Part shown: piece after piece, positions 11,385-22,295 of the stretch
How positions within the stretch are numbered: position 1 is the stretch's first letter
How the letters are laid out: each line of letters begins with the position of its first letter
Source: Trypanosoma brucei
Taxonomy: Eukaryota
Length of the DNA stretch: 64,000 nt
Reading direction: 5' to 3'
Assembly: GCA_000002445.1 (NCBI GenBank)
Contig: AL929603.2
Coordinates: forward strand, 928,001-992,000
The notes under the pieces: generated by a model
Databases searched by the model: none
The model's input: only the letters and a program-made list of their open reading frames with translations
What the model was told of the DNA's origin: nothing
Made by a program: the position numbers and the translations under genes

Positions 11385-12977
11385 GTGTACACGATGTTTT
11401 TGAAGGAGGGAAACAGTGAAATGCGGTTGAGCGGAGCTACGTTCTTGAAGGGCGCTGTTGATGATTTCAATGCATGTGAGTCCCCTGTTTTATCATCCGG
11501 AAGCAGTTTGGTTCTTACAAGTCCTGCTCTGAGCACCTCAGACACGTGCCGATCTGCGATGCGTGAAACCATCCCTTCCGTTTGTGCTGGCGCAGGCCTC
11601 AGCAGTCGCTGCTCAACTGATTGCACTGTGCTGAAGTGTGTGAACCCGCTGCATGTTAAGTTCCAGGAGCCGTCAGGGTTGTCAGGGGCTGATTCAGTGG
11701 ACTCGTTTGACTCGTTGGGTGACCTTTCCGAGTTGCATGAGGAACATCAACATGTTTCTTCTGTTGCCTCTGAAAAGCCTTTGACCCTTCACGATGTGCC
11801 GGAATCCGTCCTGTATGGTGCCATTCCATACCTTTCCCTTCCAGACGTCATTGCCTTATCACGGACATGTAAGAAGTTTCACAAACTGGTGCAGGGATAC
11901 TTTGCAGTGAATGAGCATGGCGTGATGAGCATCCCCGCCTTTGACACCCGCAGCTTCATGCAGTACCGTCCAGAGAGGAAACCTCCGGTAACGAAGGCGT
12001 CATCTATGGAACCCGCAACGAAAGCTTCGGACGTGAAACCCATCCGTCTGTTTTTTGGCCAGCAACGACGGGACCCACACCCCTCAGCTCTACGGCGTCT
12101 GCTGCGCTTCATTGCACCTGACCTTGTGATTGCTCACATGGAGGCTCACACGAACCCAGTTAACGGTCGTGGCAAAGGCTGCGCGTGGGTGTTCGCCCTG
12201 TCACAATTGGATGCGGAGCGACTGTTACGACTCAGTGGGCGTATCTTCCTTGACATAAATTCTAATGGTGAGGAGGTATACCTGTTCGCTCCCCCTAACT
12301 GCCGAGAGTGGTTGAATGAGCACGCGGAGTGTGCAGTCGCTTCCGCAGTTCGTCCAAGTCACTTGCCACGACAGCCGATGGTTGTGGAAGCCCCCAGGAA
12401 GTCGAGTGCCAAAGTGGAGAAGGGGTTGGAACAATGTGTGCGTCCCCATCCACAACATCGCGGTGTTACGGAGCAGCAGGCACCCGTCGCGGCGGCCCAG
12501 CAGATGCCCGACTCTGTGGAACCATTGGTACGAGTTGGGTCTCCACAGGATGAGGGCCTGCAGCAGCAGGAGCGGCCGTCCGAGGCGTGGACGACCAGCA
12601 ATCATTCGCAAGGCGACTCAACACACGGAAGGCGCAGGTCAGGGGAGGCTCTGCAGTCGGGTGAGTCCACACCTGAGCGTTTGCAAGCAAGGCGCCGCCC
12701 ATGGTTGGTTGCGGCGGATGCTTCAGCCACTCAGCGTGCCAGGGAACTTCGGTTTTGCAGCAATTCCTCAACTTCTCTTCATCATGAAATGTGGGGATTC
12801 CACCCGGGAGCACGCCTTGGCTCTGGGGTAGGCGGTGACAGATTTATTGCGTGTCCCGAGACGACAACACGCACTGTGCCCCACAACGTGTACACAAGCA
12901 CTATATGGACAGGCCCTAGGCGGTTCCGGCACGACCCGTACGTGTACGGCCCACTGTGCGTACTAGCGGCATCTTAG
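11385..12977 (+). CDS. CFB1: Cyclin F-box protein CFB1-like, array copy 1 (530 aa; F-box-like motif, RRM-like core, C-terminal RHDPY motif)
   Basis: Read from sequence:
- F-box-like 'LTLHDVPESVLYGAIPYLSLPDVIALSRTCKKFHKLV'.
- RRM-like beta1 'IRLFFGQQ' and RNP1-like 'GRGKGCAWVF'.
- C-terminal 'RFRHDPYVYGPL'.
This copy has the N-terminal variant T18/F27 and 'NHSQGD' (the other copies have NHLQGD). The CFB1 name comes from the known T. brucei chr1 locus organisation, recalled from memory. Confidence 0.8.
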   Translation: MYTMFLKEGNSEMRLSGATFLKGAVDDFNACESPVLSSGSSLVLTSPALSTSDTCRSAMRETIPSVCAGAGLSSRCSTDCTVLKCVNPLHVKFQEPSGLSGADSVDSFDSLGDLSELHEEHQHVSSVASEKPLTLHDVPESVLYGAIPYLSLPDVIALSRTCKKFHKLVQGYFAVNEHGVMSIPAFDTRSFMQYRPERKPPVTKASSMEPATKASDVKPIRLFFGQQRRDPHPSALRRLLRFIAPDLVIAHMEAHTNPVNGRGKGCAWVFALSQLDAERLLRLSGRIFLDINSNGEEVYLFAPPNCREWLNEHAECAVASAVRPSHLPRQPMVVEAPRKSSAKVEKGLEQCVRPHPQHRGVTEQQAPVAAAQQMPDSVEPLVRVGSPQDEGLQQQERPSEAWTTSNHSQGDSTHGRRRSGEALQSGESTPERLQARRRPWLVAADASATQRARELRFCSNSSTSLHHEMWGFHPGARLGSGVGGDRFIACPETTTRTVPHNVYTSTIWTGPRRFRHDPYVYGPLCVLAAS

Positions 12978-13840
12978 CGGTCCAACTGAGTGGTGAGCAC
13001 TCCATCGAGTCTGTGTGGTGATGCTGTGGACGGCGTGTCCCCACTGGTTGGACTGTAGTTTCTTCCCTCCCTTTTTTTATATTACGTTATGTTTTTTTTT
13101 TTTCATTTTCCACTCCCTTTCTTTGCCGTTTGCACTTTGCTCGCTTGCATTAAGGATGTCTTGGGGGTCTCTGGACCGAGTGCTGTAAGGAGGAGGGGGC
13201 AATCCTTCCCTATACAAATTACCACATATACTCATTTACACTTATACACATATACGCTTTCTATCAATCCCCACTATTTATATATACCGATTCAATTATA
13301 TGACCATGGAAAAAACATATATACAACTTCCTCCGTATGTAACAGCTTCCCCCGGTACGGCACATAGACCGTCACGGGCCTCCCATTGACATAACTTGTG
13401 CAAGACTCCTGTTCCCTGCTAATTGCAGGGAAGAGACGGCTAATTGGAACTACACCTTCCTCACCCTCATTGTTTTCATTGTTTTCTTTTGTATTTCTAT
13501 TAACCTAAGATAATTTCACTCGCTGTACTTTCTTCCCTCCCTACATCTATATGTTCCCTTATATAACTTTTATACACATGTTTTTTCCTCTCTTTTTCAT
13601 CCTATACAAACATATAAGCATACCTATATACACGTATATACATACATATATATGTTTGTTTTTATATGCCGTGACTTTGTTTCTTTTTTCCCCTTTTTAT
13701 CTCTTTTTATCCCTTTCTTTCTTTTTTTACTTTTTCATTTTGAATGCCCTTATGTAAGTAAATGCTTCTTACTAATAGAGGATTGTCCTTGGCAATTTCT
13801 CTCTTATCATTTTATTTTCCTCTCCCTTGTTCTTTTCGTT

Positions 13841-13921
13841 TTATATCATTTTTCATTTCGTTTCATTTTATATCATTTTTCATTTCGTTTCATTTTATAT
13901 CATTTTTCATTTCGTTTCATT
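13841..13921. repeat. 27-nt minisatellite (ttatatcatttttcatttcgtttcatt) x3 in the inter-copy spacer (long-type unit)
   Basis: Three exact head-to-tail copies, counted base by base. Short-type units carry only one copy (16966-16992 and 26287-26313). A second ~28-nt motif 'tactattttattttactttYgtttcatt' x2 follows at 13922-13977. Confidence 0.9.
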
Positions 13922-13993
13922 TACTATTTTATTTTACTTTCGTTTCATTTACTATTTTATTTTACTTTTGTTTCTATTTTTGTTTCCGCTGCT

Positions 13994-14014
13994 CACACAC
14001 ACACACACACACAC
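13994..14014. repeat. (CA)~10 microsatellite in the spacer (long-type unit; (CA)~5 in short-type units)
   Basis: 'cacacacacacacacacacac' here versus 'cacacacacac' at 17066-17076. Together with the minisatellite copy number this accounts for the 65-nt unit length difference. Confidence 0.85.
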
Positions 14015-14512
14015 CCTGCTCTTCCAGTTGCATGACATCATTACACACTAATTGCAGTGGTGCTCCATTTGCTGTTTGCTGAAACGTTTGATTTATTTCT
14101 TGTCCCTTTCCTCAAGCATCTCTTCGTTTAGGCAACACACCATCTTTATGACAAGTGTTTATTGTAATTGTGGTGTTGTGTGATGCAGCGGTAGATTGGA
14201 CGTGTGTGTACACTTGCAGCAGTGCCTCGCACAAATCGTATCTCCTCCCGGGACTTGTGCATGCAAGTTCCCCAATTTTTAACCCGTGGCCTTGTCACCC
14301 GTTACGCTGTGTCTGCTTTTCGTTTGTTTTGTCTCTTTCTCCCAAATTCCTTTTTGCTTCTACCTTCTGTTTATTGATGCGTGTGATAGTGTTTTCCGCT
14401 ATCGGGACCAGAAGACCATAAGCAAGGTAACATCTGAGGCCAACCCAATTGCCATCATTTTCTTTGTCGTGAATTGTGAAGCAAACCTTTACCAAGCGTT
14501 ATTTGAATAGCG

Positions 14513-16105
14513 GTGTACACGATGTTTTTGAAGGAGGGAAACAGTGAAATGCGGTTGAGCGGAGCAGCGTTCTTGAAGGGCGCTGTTGATGATATCAATG
14601 CATGTGAGTCCCCTGTTTTATCATCCGGAAGCAGTTTGGTTCTTACAAGTCCTGCTCTGAGCACCTCAGACACGTGCCGATCTGCGATGCGTGAAACCAT
14701 CCCTTCCGTTTGTGCTGGCGCAGGCCTCAGCAGTCGCTGCTCAACTGATTGCACTGTGCTGAAGTGTGTGAACCCGCTGCATGTTAAGTTCCAGGAGCCG
14801 TCAGGGTTGTCAGGGGCTGATTCAGTGGACTCGTTTGACTCGTTGGGTGACCTTTCCGAGTTGCATGAGGAACATCAACATGTTTCTTCTGTTGCCTCTG
14901 AAAAGCCTTTGACCCTTCACGATGTGCCGGAATCCGTCCTGTATGGTGCCATTCCATACCTTTCCCTTCCAGACGTCATTGCCTTATCACGGACATGTAA
15001 GAAGTTTCACAAACTGGTGCAGGGATACTTTGCAGTGAATGAGCATGGCGTGATGAGCATCCCCGCCTTTGACACCCGCAGCTTCATGCAGTACCGTCCA
15101 GAGAGGAAACCTCCGGTAACGAAGGCGTCATCTATGGAACCCGCAACGAAAGCTTCGGACGTGAAACCCATCCGTCTGTTTTTTGGCCAGCAACGACGGG
15201 ACCCACACCCCTCAGCTCTACGGCGTCTGCTGCGTTTCATTGCACCTGACCTTGTGATTGCTCACATGGAGGCTCACACGAACCCGGTTAACGGTCGTGG
15301 CAAAGGCTGCGCGTGGGTGTTCGCCCTGTCACAATTGGATGCGGAGCGACTGTTACGACTCAGTGGGCGTATCTTCCTTGACATAAATTCTAATGGTGAG
15401 GAGGTATACCTGTTCGCTCCCCCTAACTGCCGAGAGTGGTTGAATGAGCACGCGGAGTGTGCAGTCGCTTCCGCAGTTCGTCCAAGTCACTTGCCACGAC
15501 AGCCGATGGTTGTGGAAGCCCCCAGGAAGTCGAGTGCCAAAGTGGAGAAGGGGTTGGAACAATGTGTGCGTCCCCATCCACAACATCGCGGTGTTACGGA
15601 GCAGCAGGCACCCGTCGCGGCGGCCCAGCAGATGCCCGACTCTGTGGAACCATTGGTACGAGTTGGGTCTCCACAGGATGAGGGCCTGCAGCAGCAGGAG
15701 CGGCCGTCCGAGGCGTGGACGACCAGCAATCATTTGCAAGGCGACTCAACACACGGAAGGCGCAGGTCAGGGGAGGCTCTGCAGTCGGGTGAGTCCACAC
15801 CTGAGCGTTTGCAAGCAAGGCGCCGCCCATGGTTGGTTGCGGCGGATGCTTCAGCCACTCAGCGTGCCAGGGAGCTTCGGTTTTGCAGCAATTCCTCAAC
15901 TTCTCTTCATCATGAAATGTGGGGATTCCACCCGGGAGCACGCCTTGGCTCTGGGGTAGGCGGTGACAGATTTATTGCGTGTCCCGAGACGACAACACGC
16001 ACTGTGCCCCACAACGTGTACACAAGCACTATATGGACAGGCCCTAGGCGGTTCCGGCACGACCCGTACGTGTACGGCCCACTGTGCGTACTAGCGGCAT
16101 CTTAG
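14513..16105 (+). CDS. CFB1: CFB1-like F-box protein, array copy 2 (530 aa)
   Basis: Identical to copy 1 except the N-terminal variant A18/I27 ('GAAFLKGAVDDINACE') and NHLQGD. Short-type spacer downstream. Confidence 0.8.
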   Translation: MYTMFLKEGNSEMRLSGAAFLKGAVDDINACESPVLSSGSSLVLTSPALSTSDTCRSAMRETIPSVCAGAGLSSRCSTDCTVLKCVNPLHVKFQEPSGLSGADSVDSFDSLGDLSELHEEHQHVSSVASEKPLTLHDVPESVLYGAIPYLSLPDVIALSRTCKKFHKLVQGYFAVNEHGVMSIPAFDTRSFMQYRPERKPPVTKASSMEPATKASDVKPIRLFFGQQRRDPHPSALRRLLRFIAPDLVIAHMEAHTNPVNGRGKGCAWVFALSQLDAERLLRLSGRIFLDINSNGEEVYLFAPPNCREWLNEHAECAVASAVRPSHLPRQPMVVEAPRKSSAKVEKGLEQCVRPHPQHRGVTEQQAPVAAAQQMPDSVEPLVRVGSPQDEGLQQQERPSEAWTTSNHLQGDSTHGRRRSGEALQSGESTPERLQARRRPWLVAADASATQRARELRFCSNSSTSLHHEMWGFHPGARLGSGVGGDRFIACPETTTRTVPHNVYTSTIWTGPRRFRHDPYVYGPLCVLAAS

Positions 16106-17575
16106 CGGTCCAACTGAGTGGTGAGCACTCCATCGAGTCTGTGTGGTGATGCTGTGGACGGCGTGTCCCCACTGGTTGGACTGTAGTTTCTTCCCTCCCT
16201 TTTTTTATATTACGTTATGTTTTTTTTTTTCATTTTCCACTCCCTTTCTTTGCCGTTTGCACTTTGCTCGCTTGCATTAAGGATGTCTTGGGGGTCTCTG
16301 GACCGAGTGCTGTAAGGAGGAGGGGGCAATCCTTCCCTATACAAATTACCACATATACTCATTTACACTTATACACATATACGCTTTCTATCAATCCCCA
16401 CTATTTATATATACCGATTCAATTATATGACCATGGAAAAAACATATATACAACTTCCTCCGTATGTAACAGCTTCCCCCGGTACGGCACATAGACCGTC
16501 ACGGGCCTCCCATTGACATAACTTGTGCAAGACTCCTGTTCCCTGCTAATTGCAGGGAAGAGACGGCTAATTGGAACTACACCTTCCTCACCCTCATTGT
16601 TTTCATTGTTTTCTTTTGTATTTCTATTAACCTAAGATAATTTCACTCGCTGTACTTTCTTCCCTCCCTACATCTATATGTTCCCTTATATAACTTTTAT
16701 ACACATGTTTTTTCCTCTCTTTTTCATCCTATACAAACATATAAGCATATCTATATACACGTATATACATACATATATATGTTTGTTTTTATATGCCGTG
16801 ACTTTGTTTCTTTTTCCCCCTTTTTATCTCTTTTTATCCCTTTCTTTCTTTTTTTACTTTTTCATTTTGAATGCCCTTATGTAAGTAAACGCTTCTTACT
16901 AATAGAGGATTGTCCTTGGCAATTTCTCTCTTATCATTTTATTTTCCTCTCCCTTGTTCTTTTCGTTTTATATCATTTTTCATTTCGTTTCATTTACTAT
17001 TTTATTTTACTTTTGTTTCATTTACTATTTTATTTTACTTTTGTTTCTATTTTTGTTTCCGCTGCTCACACACACACCCTGCTCTTCCAGTTGCATGACA
17101 TCATTACACACTAATTGCAGTGGTGCTCCATTTGCTGTTTGCTGAAACGTTTGATTTATTTCTTGTCCCTTTCCTCAAGCATCTCTTCGTTTAGGCAACA
17201 CACCATCTTTATGACAAGTGTTTATTGTAATTGTGGTGTTGTGTGATGCAGCGGTAGATTGGACGTGTGTGTACACTTGCAGCAGTGCCTCGCACAAATC
17301 GTATCTCCTCCCGGGACTTGTGCATGCAAGTTCCCCAATTTTTAACCCGTGGCCTTGTCACCCGTTACGCTGTGTCTGCTTTTCGTTTGTTTTGTCTCTT
17401 TCTCCCAAATTCCTTTTTGCTTCTACCTTCTGTTTATTGATGCGTGTGATAGTGTTTTCCGCTATCGGGACCAGAAGACCATAAGCAAGGTAACATCTGA
17501 GGCCAACCCAATTGCCATCATTTTCTTTGTCGTGAATTGTGAAGCAAACCTCTACCAAGCGTTATTTGAATAGCG

Positions 17576-19168
17576 GTGTACACGATGTTTTTGAAGGAGG
17601 GAAACAGTGAAATGCGGTTGAGCGGAGCTACGTTCTTGAAGGGCGCTGTTGATGATTTCAATGCATGTGAGTCCCCTGTTTTATCATCCGGAAGCAGTTT
17701 GGTTCTCACAAGTCCTGCTCTGAGCACCTCAGACACGTGCCGATCTGCGATGCGTGAAACCATCCCTTCCGTTTGTGCTGGCGCAGGCCTCAGCAGTCGC
17801 TGCTCAACTGATTGCACTGTGCTGAAGTGTGTGAACCCGCTGCATGTTAAGTTCCAGGAGCCGTCAGGGTTGTCAGGGGCTGATTCAGTGGACTCGTTTG
17901 ACTCGTTGGGTGACCTTTCCGAGTTGCATGAGGAACATCAACATGTTTCTTCTGTTGCCTCTGAAAAGCCTTTGACCCTTCACGATGTGCCGGAATCCGT
18001 CCTGTATGGTGCCATTCCATACCTTTCCCTTCCAGACGTCATTGCCTTATCACGGACATGTAAGAAGTTTCACAAACTGGTGCAGGGATACTTTGCAGTG
18101 AATGAGCATGGCGTGATGAGCATCCCCGCCTTTGACACCCGCAGCTTCATGCAGTACCGTCCAGAGAGGAAACCTCCGGTAACGAAGGCGTCATCTATGG
18201 AACCCGCAACGAAAGCTTCGGACGTGAAACCCATCCGTCTGTTTTTTGGCCAGCAACGACGGGACCCACACCCCTCAGCTCTACGGCGTCTGCTGCGCTT
18301 CATTGCACCTGACCTTGTGATTGCTCACATGGAGGCTCACACGAACCCAGTTAACGGTCGTGGCAAAGGCTGCGCGTGGGTGTTCGCCCTGTCACAATTG
18401 GATGCGGAGCGACTGTTACGACTCAGTGGGCGTATCTTCCTTGACATAAATTCTAATGGTGAGGAGGTATACCTGTTCGCTCCCCCTAACTGCCGAGAGT
18501 GGTTGAATGAGCACGCGGAGTGTGCAGTCGCTTCTGCAGTTCGTCCAAGTCACTTGCCACGACAGCCGATGGTTGTGGAAGCCCCCAGGAAGTCGAGTGC
18601 CAAAGTGGAGAAGGGGTTGGAACAATGTGTGCGTCCCCATCCACAACATCGCGGTGTTACGGAGCAGCAGGCACCCGTCGCGGCGGCCCAGCAGATGCCC
18701 GACTCTGTGGAACCATTGGTACGAGTTGGGTCTCCACAGGATGAGGGCCTGCAGCAGCAGGAGCGGCCGTCCGAGGCGTGGACGACCAGCAATCATTTGC
18801 AAGGCGACTCAACACACGGAAGGCGCAGGTCAGGGGAGGCTCTGCAGTCGGGTGAGTCCACACCTGAGCGTTTGCAAGCAAGGCGCCGCCCATGGTTGGT
18901 TGCGGCGGATGCTTCAGCCACTCAGCGTGCCAGGGAGCTTCGGTTTTGCAGCAATTCCTCAACTTCTCTTCATCATGAAATGTGGGGATTCCACCCGGGA
19001 GCACGCCTTGGCTCTGGGGTAGGCGGTGACAGATTTATTGCGTGTCCCGAGACGACAACACGCACTGTGCCCCACAACGTGTACACAAGCACTATATGGA
19101 CAGGCCCTAGGCGGTTCCGGCACGACCCGTACGTGTACGGCCCACTGTGCGTACTAGCGGCATCTTAG
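17576..19168 (+). CDS. CFB1: CFB1-like F-box protein, array copy 3 (530 aa)
   Basis: Variant T18/F27 and NHLQGD. Long-type spacer. Confidence 0.8.
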   Translation: MYTMFLKEGNSEMRLSGATFLKGAVDDFNACESPVLSSGSSLVLTSPALSTSDTCRSAMRETIPSVCAGAGLSSRCSTDCTVLKCVNPLHVKFQEPSGLSGADSVDSFDSLGDLSELHEEHQHVSSVASEKPLTLHDVPESVLYGAIPYLSLPDVIALSRTCKKFHKLVQGYFAVNEHGVMSIPAFDTRSFMQYRPERKPPVTKASSMEPATKASDVKPIRLFFGQQRRDPHPSALRRLLRFIAPDLVIAHMEAHTNPVNGRGKGCAWVFALSQLDAERLLRLSGRIFLDINSNGEEVYLFAPPNCREWLNEHAECAVASAVRPSHLPRQPMVVEAPRKSSAKVEKGLEQCVRPHPQHRGVTEQQAPVAAAQQMPDSVEPLVRVGSPQDEGLQQQERPSEAWTTSNHLQGDSTHGRRRSGEALQSGESTPERLQARRRPWLVAADASATQRARELRFCSNSSTSLHHEMWGFHPGARLGSGVGGDRFIACPETTTRTVPHNVYTSTIWTGPRRFRHDPYVYGPLCVLAAS

Positions 19169-20030
19169 CGGTCCAACTGAGTGGTGAGCACTCCATCGAG
19201 TCTGTGTGGTGATGCTGTGGACGGCGTGTCCCCACTGGTTGGACTGTAGTTTCTTCCCTCCCTTTTTTTATATTACGTTATGTTTTTTTTTTTCATTTTC
19301 CACTCCCTTTCTTTGCCGTTTGCACTTTGCTCGCTTGCATTAAGGATGTCTTGGGGGTCTCTGGACCGAGTGCTGTAAGGAGGAGGGGGCAATCCTTCCC
19401 TATACAAATTACCACATATACTCATTTACACTTATACACATATACGCTTTCTATCAATCCCCACTATTTATATATACCGATTCAATTATATGACCATGGA
19501 AAAAACATATATACAGCTTCCTCCGTATGTAACAGCTTCCCCCGGTACGGCACATAGACCGTCACGGGCCTCCCATTGACATAACTTGTGCAAGACTCCT
19601 GTTCCCTGCTAATTGCAGGGAAGAGACGGCTAATTGGAACTACACCTTCCTCACCCTCATTGTTTTCATTGTTTTCTTTTGTATTTCTATTAACCTAAGA
19701 TAATTTCACTCGCTGTACTTTCTTCCCTCCCTACATCTATATGTTCCCTTATATAACTTTTATACACATGTTTTTTCCTCTCTTTTTCATCCTATACAAA
19801 CATATAAGCATACCTATATACACGTATATACATACATATATATGTTTGTTTTTATATGCCGTGACTTTGTTTCTTTTTTCCCCTTTTTATCTCTTTTTAT
19901 CCCTTTCTTTCTTTTTTTACTTTTTCATTTTGAATGCCCTTATGTAAGTAAATGCTTCTTACTAATAGAGGATTGTCCTTGGCAATTTCTCTCTTATCAT
20001 TTTATTTTCCTCTCCCTTGTTCTTTTCGTT

Positions 20031-20111
20031 TTATATCATTTTTCATTTCGTTTCATTTTATATCATTTTTCATTTCGTTTCATTTTATATCATTTTTCAT
20101 TTCGTTTCATT
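20031..20111. repeat. 27-nt minisatellite x3 (unit 3 spacer)
   Basis: The same 27-mer as at 13841, three copies. The unit 4 spacer has another three copies at 23158-23238. Confidence 0.85.
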
Positions 20112-20702
20112 TACTATTTTATTTTACTTTCGTTTCATTTACTATTTTATTTTACTTTTGTTTCTATTTTTGTTTCCGCTGCTCACACACACACACACAC
20201 ACACCCTGCTCTTCCAGTTGCATGACATCATTACACACTAATTGCAGTGGTGCTCCATTTGCTGTTTGCTGAAACGTTTGATTTATTTCTTGTCCCTTTC
20301 CTCAAGCATCTCTTCGTTTAGGCAACACACCATCTTTATGACAAGTGTTTATTGTAATTGTGGTGTTGTGTGATGCAGCGGTAGATTGGACGTGTGTGTA
20401 CACTTGCAGCAGTGCCTCGCACAAATCGTATCTCCTCCCGGGACTTGTGCATGCAAGTTCCCCAATTTTTAACCCGTGGCCTTGTCACCCGTTACGCTGT
20501 GTCTGCTTTTCGTTTGTTTTGTCTCTTTCTCCCAAATTCCTTTTTGCTTCTACCTTCTGTTTATTGATGCGTGTGATAGTGTTTTCCGCTATCGGGACCA
20601 GAAGACCATAAGCAAGGTAACATCTGAGGCCAACCCAATTGCCATCATTTTCTTTGTCGTGAATTGTGAAGCAAACCTTTACCAAGCGTTATTTGAATAG
20701 CG

Positions 20703-22295
20703 GTGTACACGATGTTTTTGAAGGAGGGAAACAGTGAAATGCGGTTGAGCGGAGCAGCGTTCTTGAAGGGCGCTGTTGATGATATCAATGCATGTGAGTC
20801 CCCTGTTTTATCATCCGGAAGCAGTTTGGTTCTTACAAGTCCTGCTCTGAGCACCTCAGACACGTGCCGATCTGCGATGCGTGAAACCATCCCTTCCGTT
20901 TGTGCTGGCGCAGGCCTCAGCAGTCGCTGCTCAACTGATTGCACTGTGCTGAAGTGTGTGAACCCGCTGCATGTTAAGTTCCAGGAGCCGTCAGGGTTGT
21001 CAGGGGCTGATTCAGTGGACTCGTTTGACTCGTTGGGTGACCTTTCCGAGTTGCATGAGGAACATCAACATGTTTCTTCTGTTGCCTCTGAAAAGCCTTT
21101 GACCCTTCACGATGTGCCGGAATCCGTCCTGTATGGTGCCATTCCATACCTTTCCCTTCCAGACGTCATTGCCTTATCACGGACATGTAAGAAGTTTCAC
21201 AAACTGGTGCAGGGATACTTTGCAGTGAATGAGCATGGCGTGATGAGCATCCCCGCCTTTGACACCCGCAGCTTCATGCAGTACCGTCCGGAGAGGAAAC
21301 CTCCGGTAACGAAGGCGTCATCTATGGAACCCGCAACGAAAGCTTCGGACGTGAAGCCCATCCGTCTGTTTTTTGGCCAGCAACGACGGGACCCACACCC
21401 CTCAGCTCTACGGCGTCTGCTGCGCTTCATTGCACCTGACCTTGTGATTGCTCACATGGAGGCTCACACGAACCCAGTTAACGGTCGTGGCAAAGGCTGC
21501 GCGTGGGTGTTCGCCCTGTCACAATTGGATGCGGAGCGACTGTTACGACTCAGTGGGCGTATCTTCCTTGACATAAATTCTAATGGTGAGGAGGTATACC
21601 TGTTCGCTCCCCCTAACTGCCGAGAGTGGTTGAATGAGCACGCGGAGTGTGCAGTCGCTTCCGCAGTTCGTCCAAGTCACTTGCCACGACAGCCGATGGT
21701 TGTGGAAGCCCCCAGGAAGTCGAGTGCCAAAGTGGAGAAGGGGTTGGAACAATGTGTGCGTCCCCATCCACAACATCGCGGTGTTACGGAGCAGCAGGCA
21801 CCCGTCGCGGCGGCCCAGCAGATGCCCGACTCTGTGGAACCATTGGTACGAGTTGGGTCTCCACAGGATGAGGGCCTGCAGCAGCAGGAGCGGCCGTCCG
21901 AGGCGTGGACGACCAGCAATCATTTGCAAGGCGACTCAACACACGGAAGGCGCAGGTCAGGGGAGGCTCTGCAGTCGGGTGAGTCCACACCTGAGCGTTT
22001 GCAAGCAAGGCGCCGCCCATGGTTGGTTGCGGCGGATGCTTCAGCCACTCAGCGTGCCAGGGAGCTTCGGTTTTGCAGCAATTCCTCAACTTCTCTTCAT
22101 CATGAAATGTGGGGATTCCACCCGGGAGCACGCCTTGGCTCTGGGGTAGGCGGTGACAGATTTATTGCGTGTCCCGAGACGACAACACGCACTGTGCCCC
22201 ACAACGTGTACACAAGCACTATATGGACAGGCCCTAGGCGGTTCCGGCACGACCCGTACGTGTACGGCCCACTGTGCGTACTAGCGGCATCTTAG
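20703..22295 (+). CDS. CFB1: CFB1-like F-box protein, array copy 4 (530 aa)
   Basis: Variant A18/I27 and NHLQGD. Long-type spacer. One synonymous-looking difference from the other copies ('ccggagagg' and 'gtgaagccc' around 21290-21360). Confidence 0.8.
   Translation: MYTMFLKEGNSEMRLSGAAFLKGAVDDINACESPVLSSGSSLVLTSPALSTSDTCRSAMRETIPSVCAGAGLSSRCSTDCTVLKCVNPLHVKFQEPSGLSGADSVDSFDSLGDLSELHEEHQHVSSVASEKPLTLHDVPESVLYGAIPYLSLPDVIALSRTCKKFHKLVQGYFAVNEHGVMSIPAFDTRSFMQYRPERKPPVTKASSMEPATKASDVKPIRLFFGQQRRDPHPSALRRLLRFIAPDLVIAHMEAHTNPVNGRGKGCAWVFALSQLDAERLLRLSGRIFLDINSNGEEVYLFAPPNCREWLNEHAECAVASAVRPSHLPRQPMVVEAPRKSSAKVEKGLEQCVRPHPQHRGVTEQQAPVAAAQQMPDSVEPLVRVGSPQDEGLQQQERPSEAWTTSNHLQGDSTHGRRRSGEALQSGESTPERLQARRRPWLVAADASATQRARELRFCSNSSTSLHHEMWGFHPGARLGSGVGGDRFIACPETTTRTVPHNVYTSTIWTGPRRFRHDPYVYGPLCVLAAS

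Noticed and set aside
11027-11626. Short ORFs (88 aa, 74 aa +; 66 aa, 99 aa -) upstream of each CFB copy, perfectly conserved across units
   Set aside because: Their conservation is explained by concerted evolution of the whole unit, including the 5' UTR and intergenic DNA. They are pyrimidine-tract translations in the region expected to hold the trans-splice signal, not genes.
12225-12831. Long antisense and alternative-frame ORFs inside each CFB1 copy (128-aa and 115-aa on the - strand, 171-aa in another + frame), repeated in every unit
   Set aside because: They lie wholly inside the GC-rich C-terminal part of the 530-aa gene, where stop codons are rare in all frames. They are repeated only because the host gene is repeated, and there is no independent start context. 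They are treated as frame artefacts.
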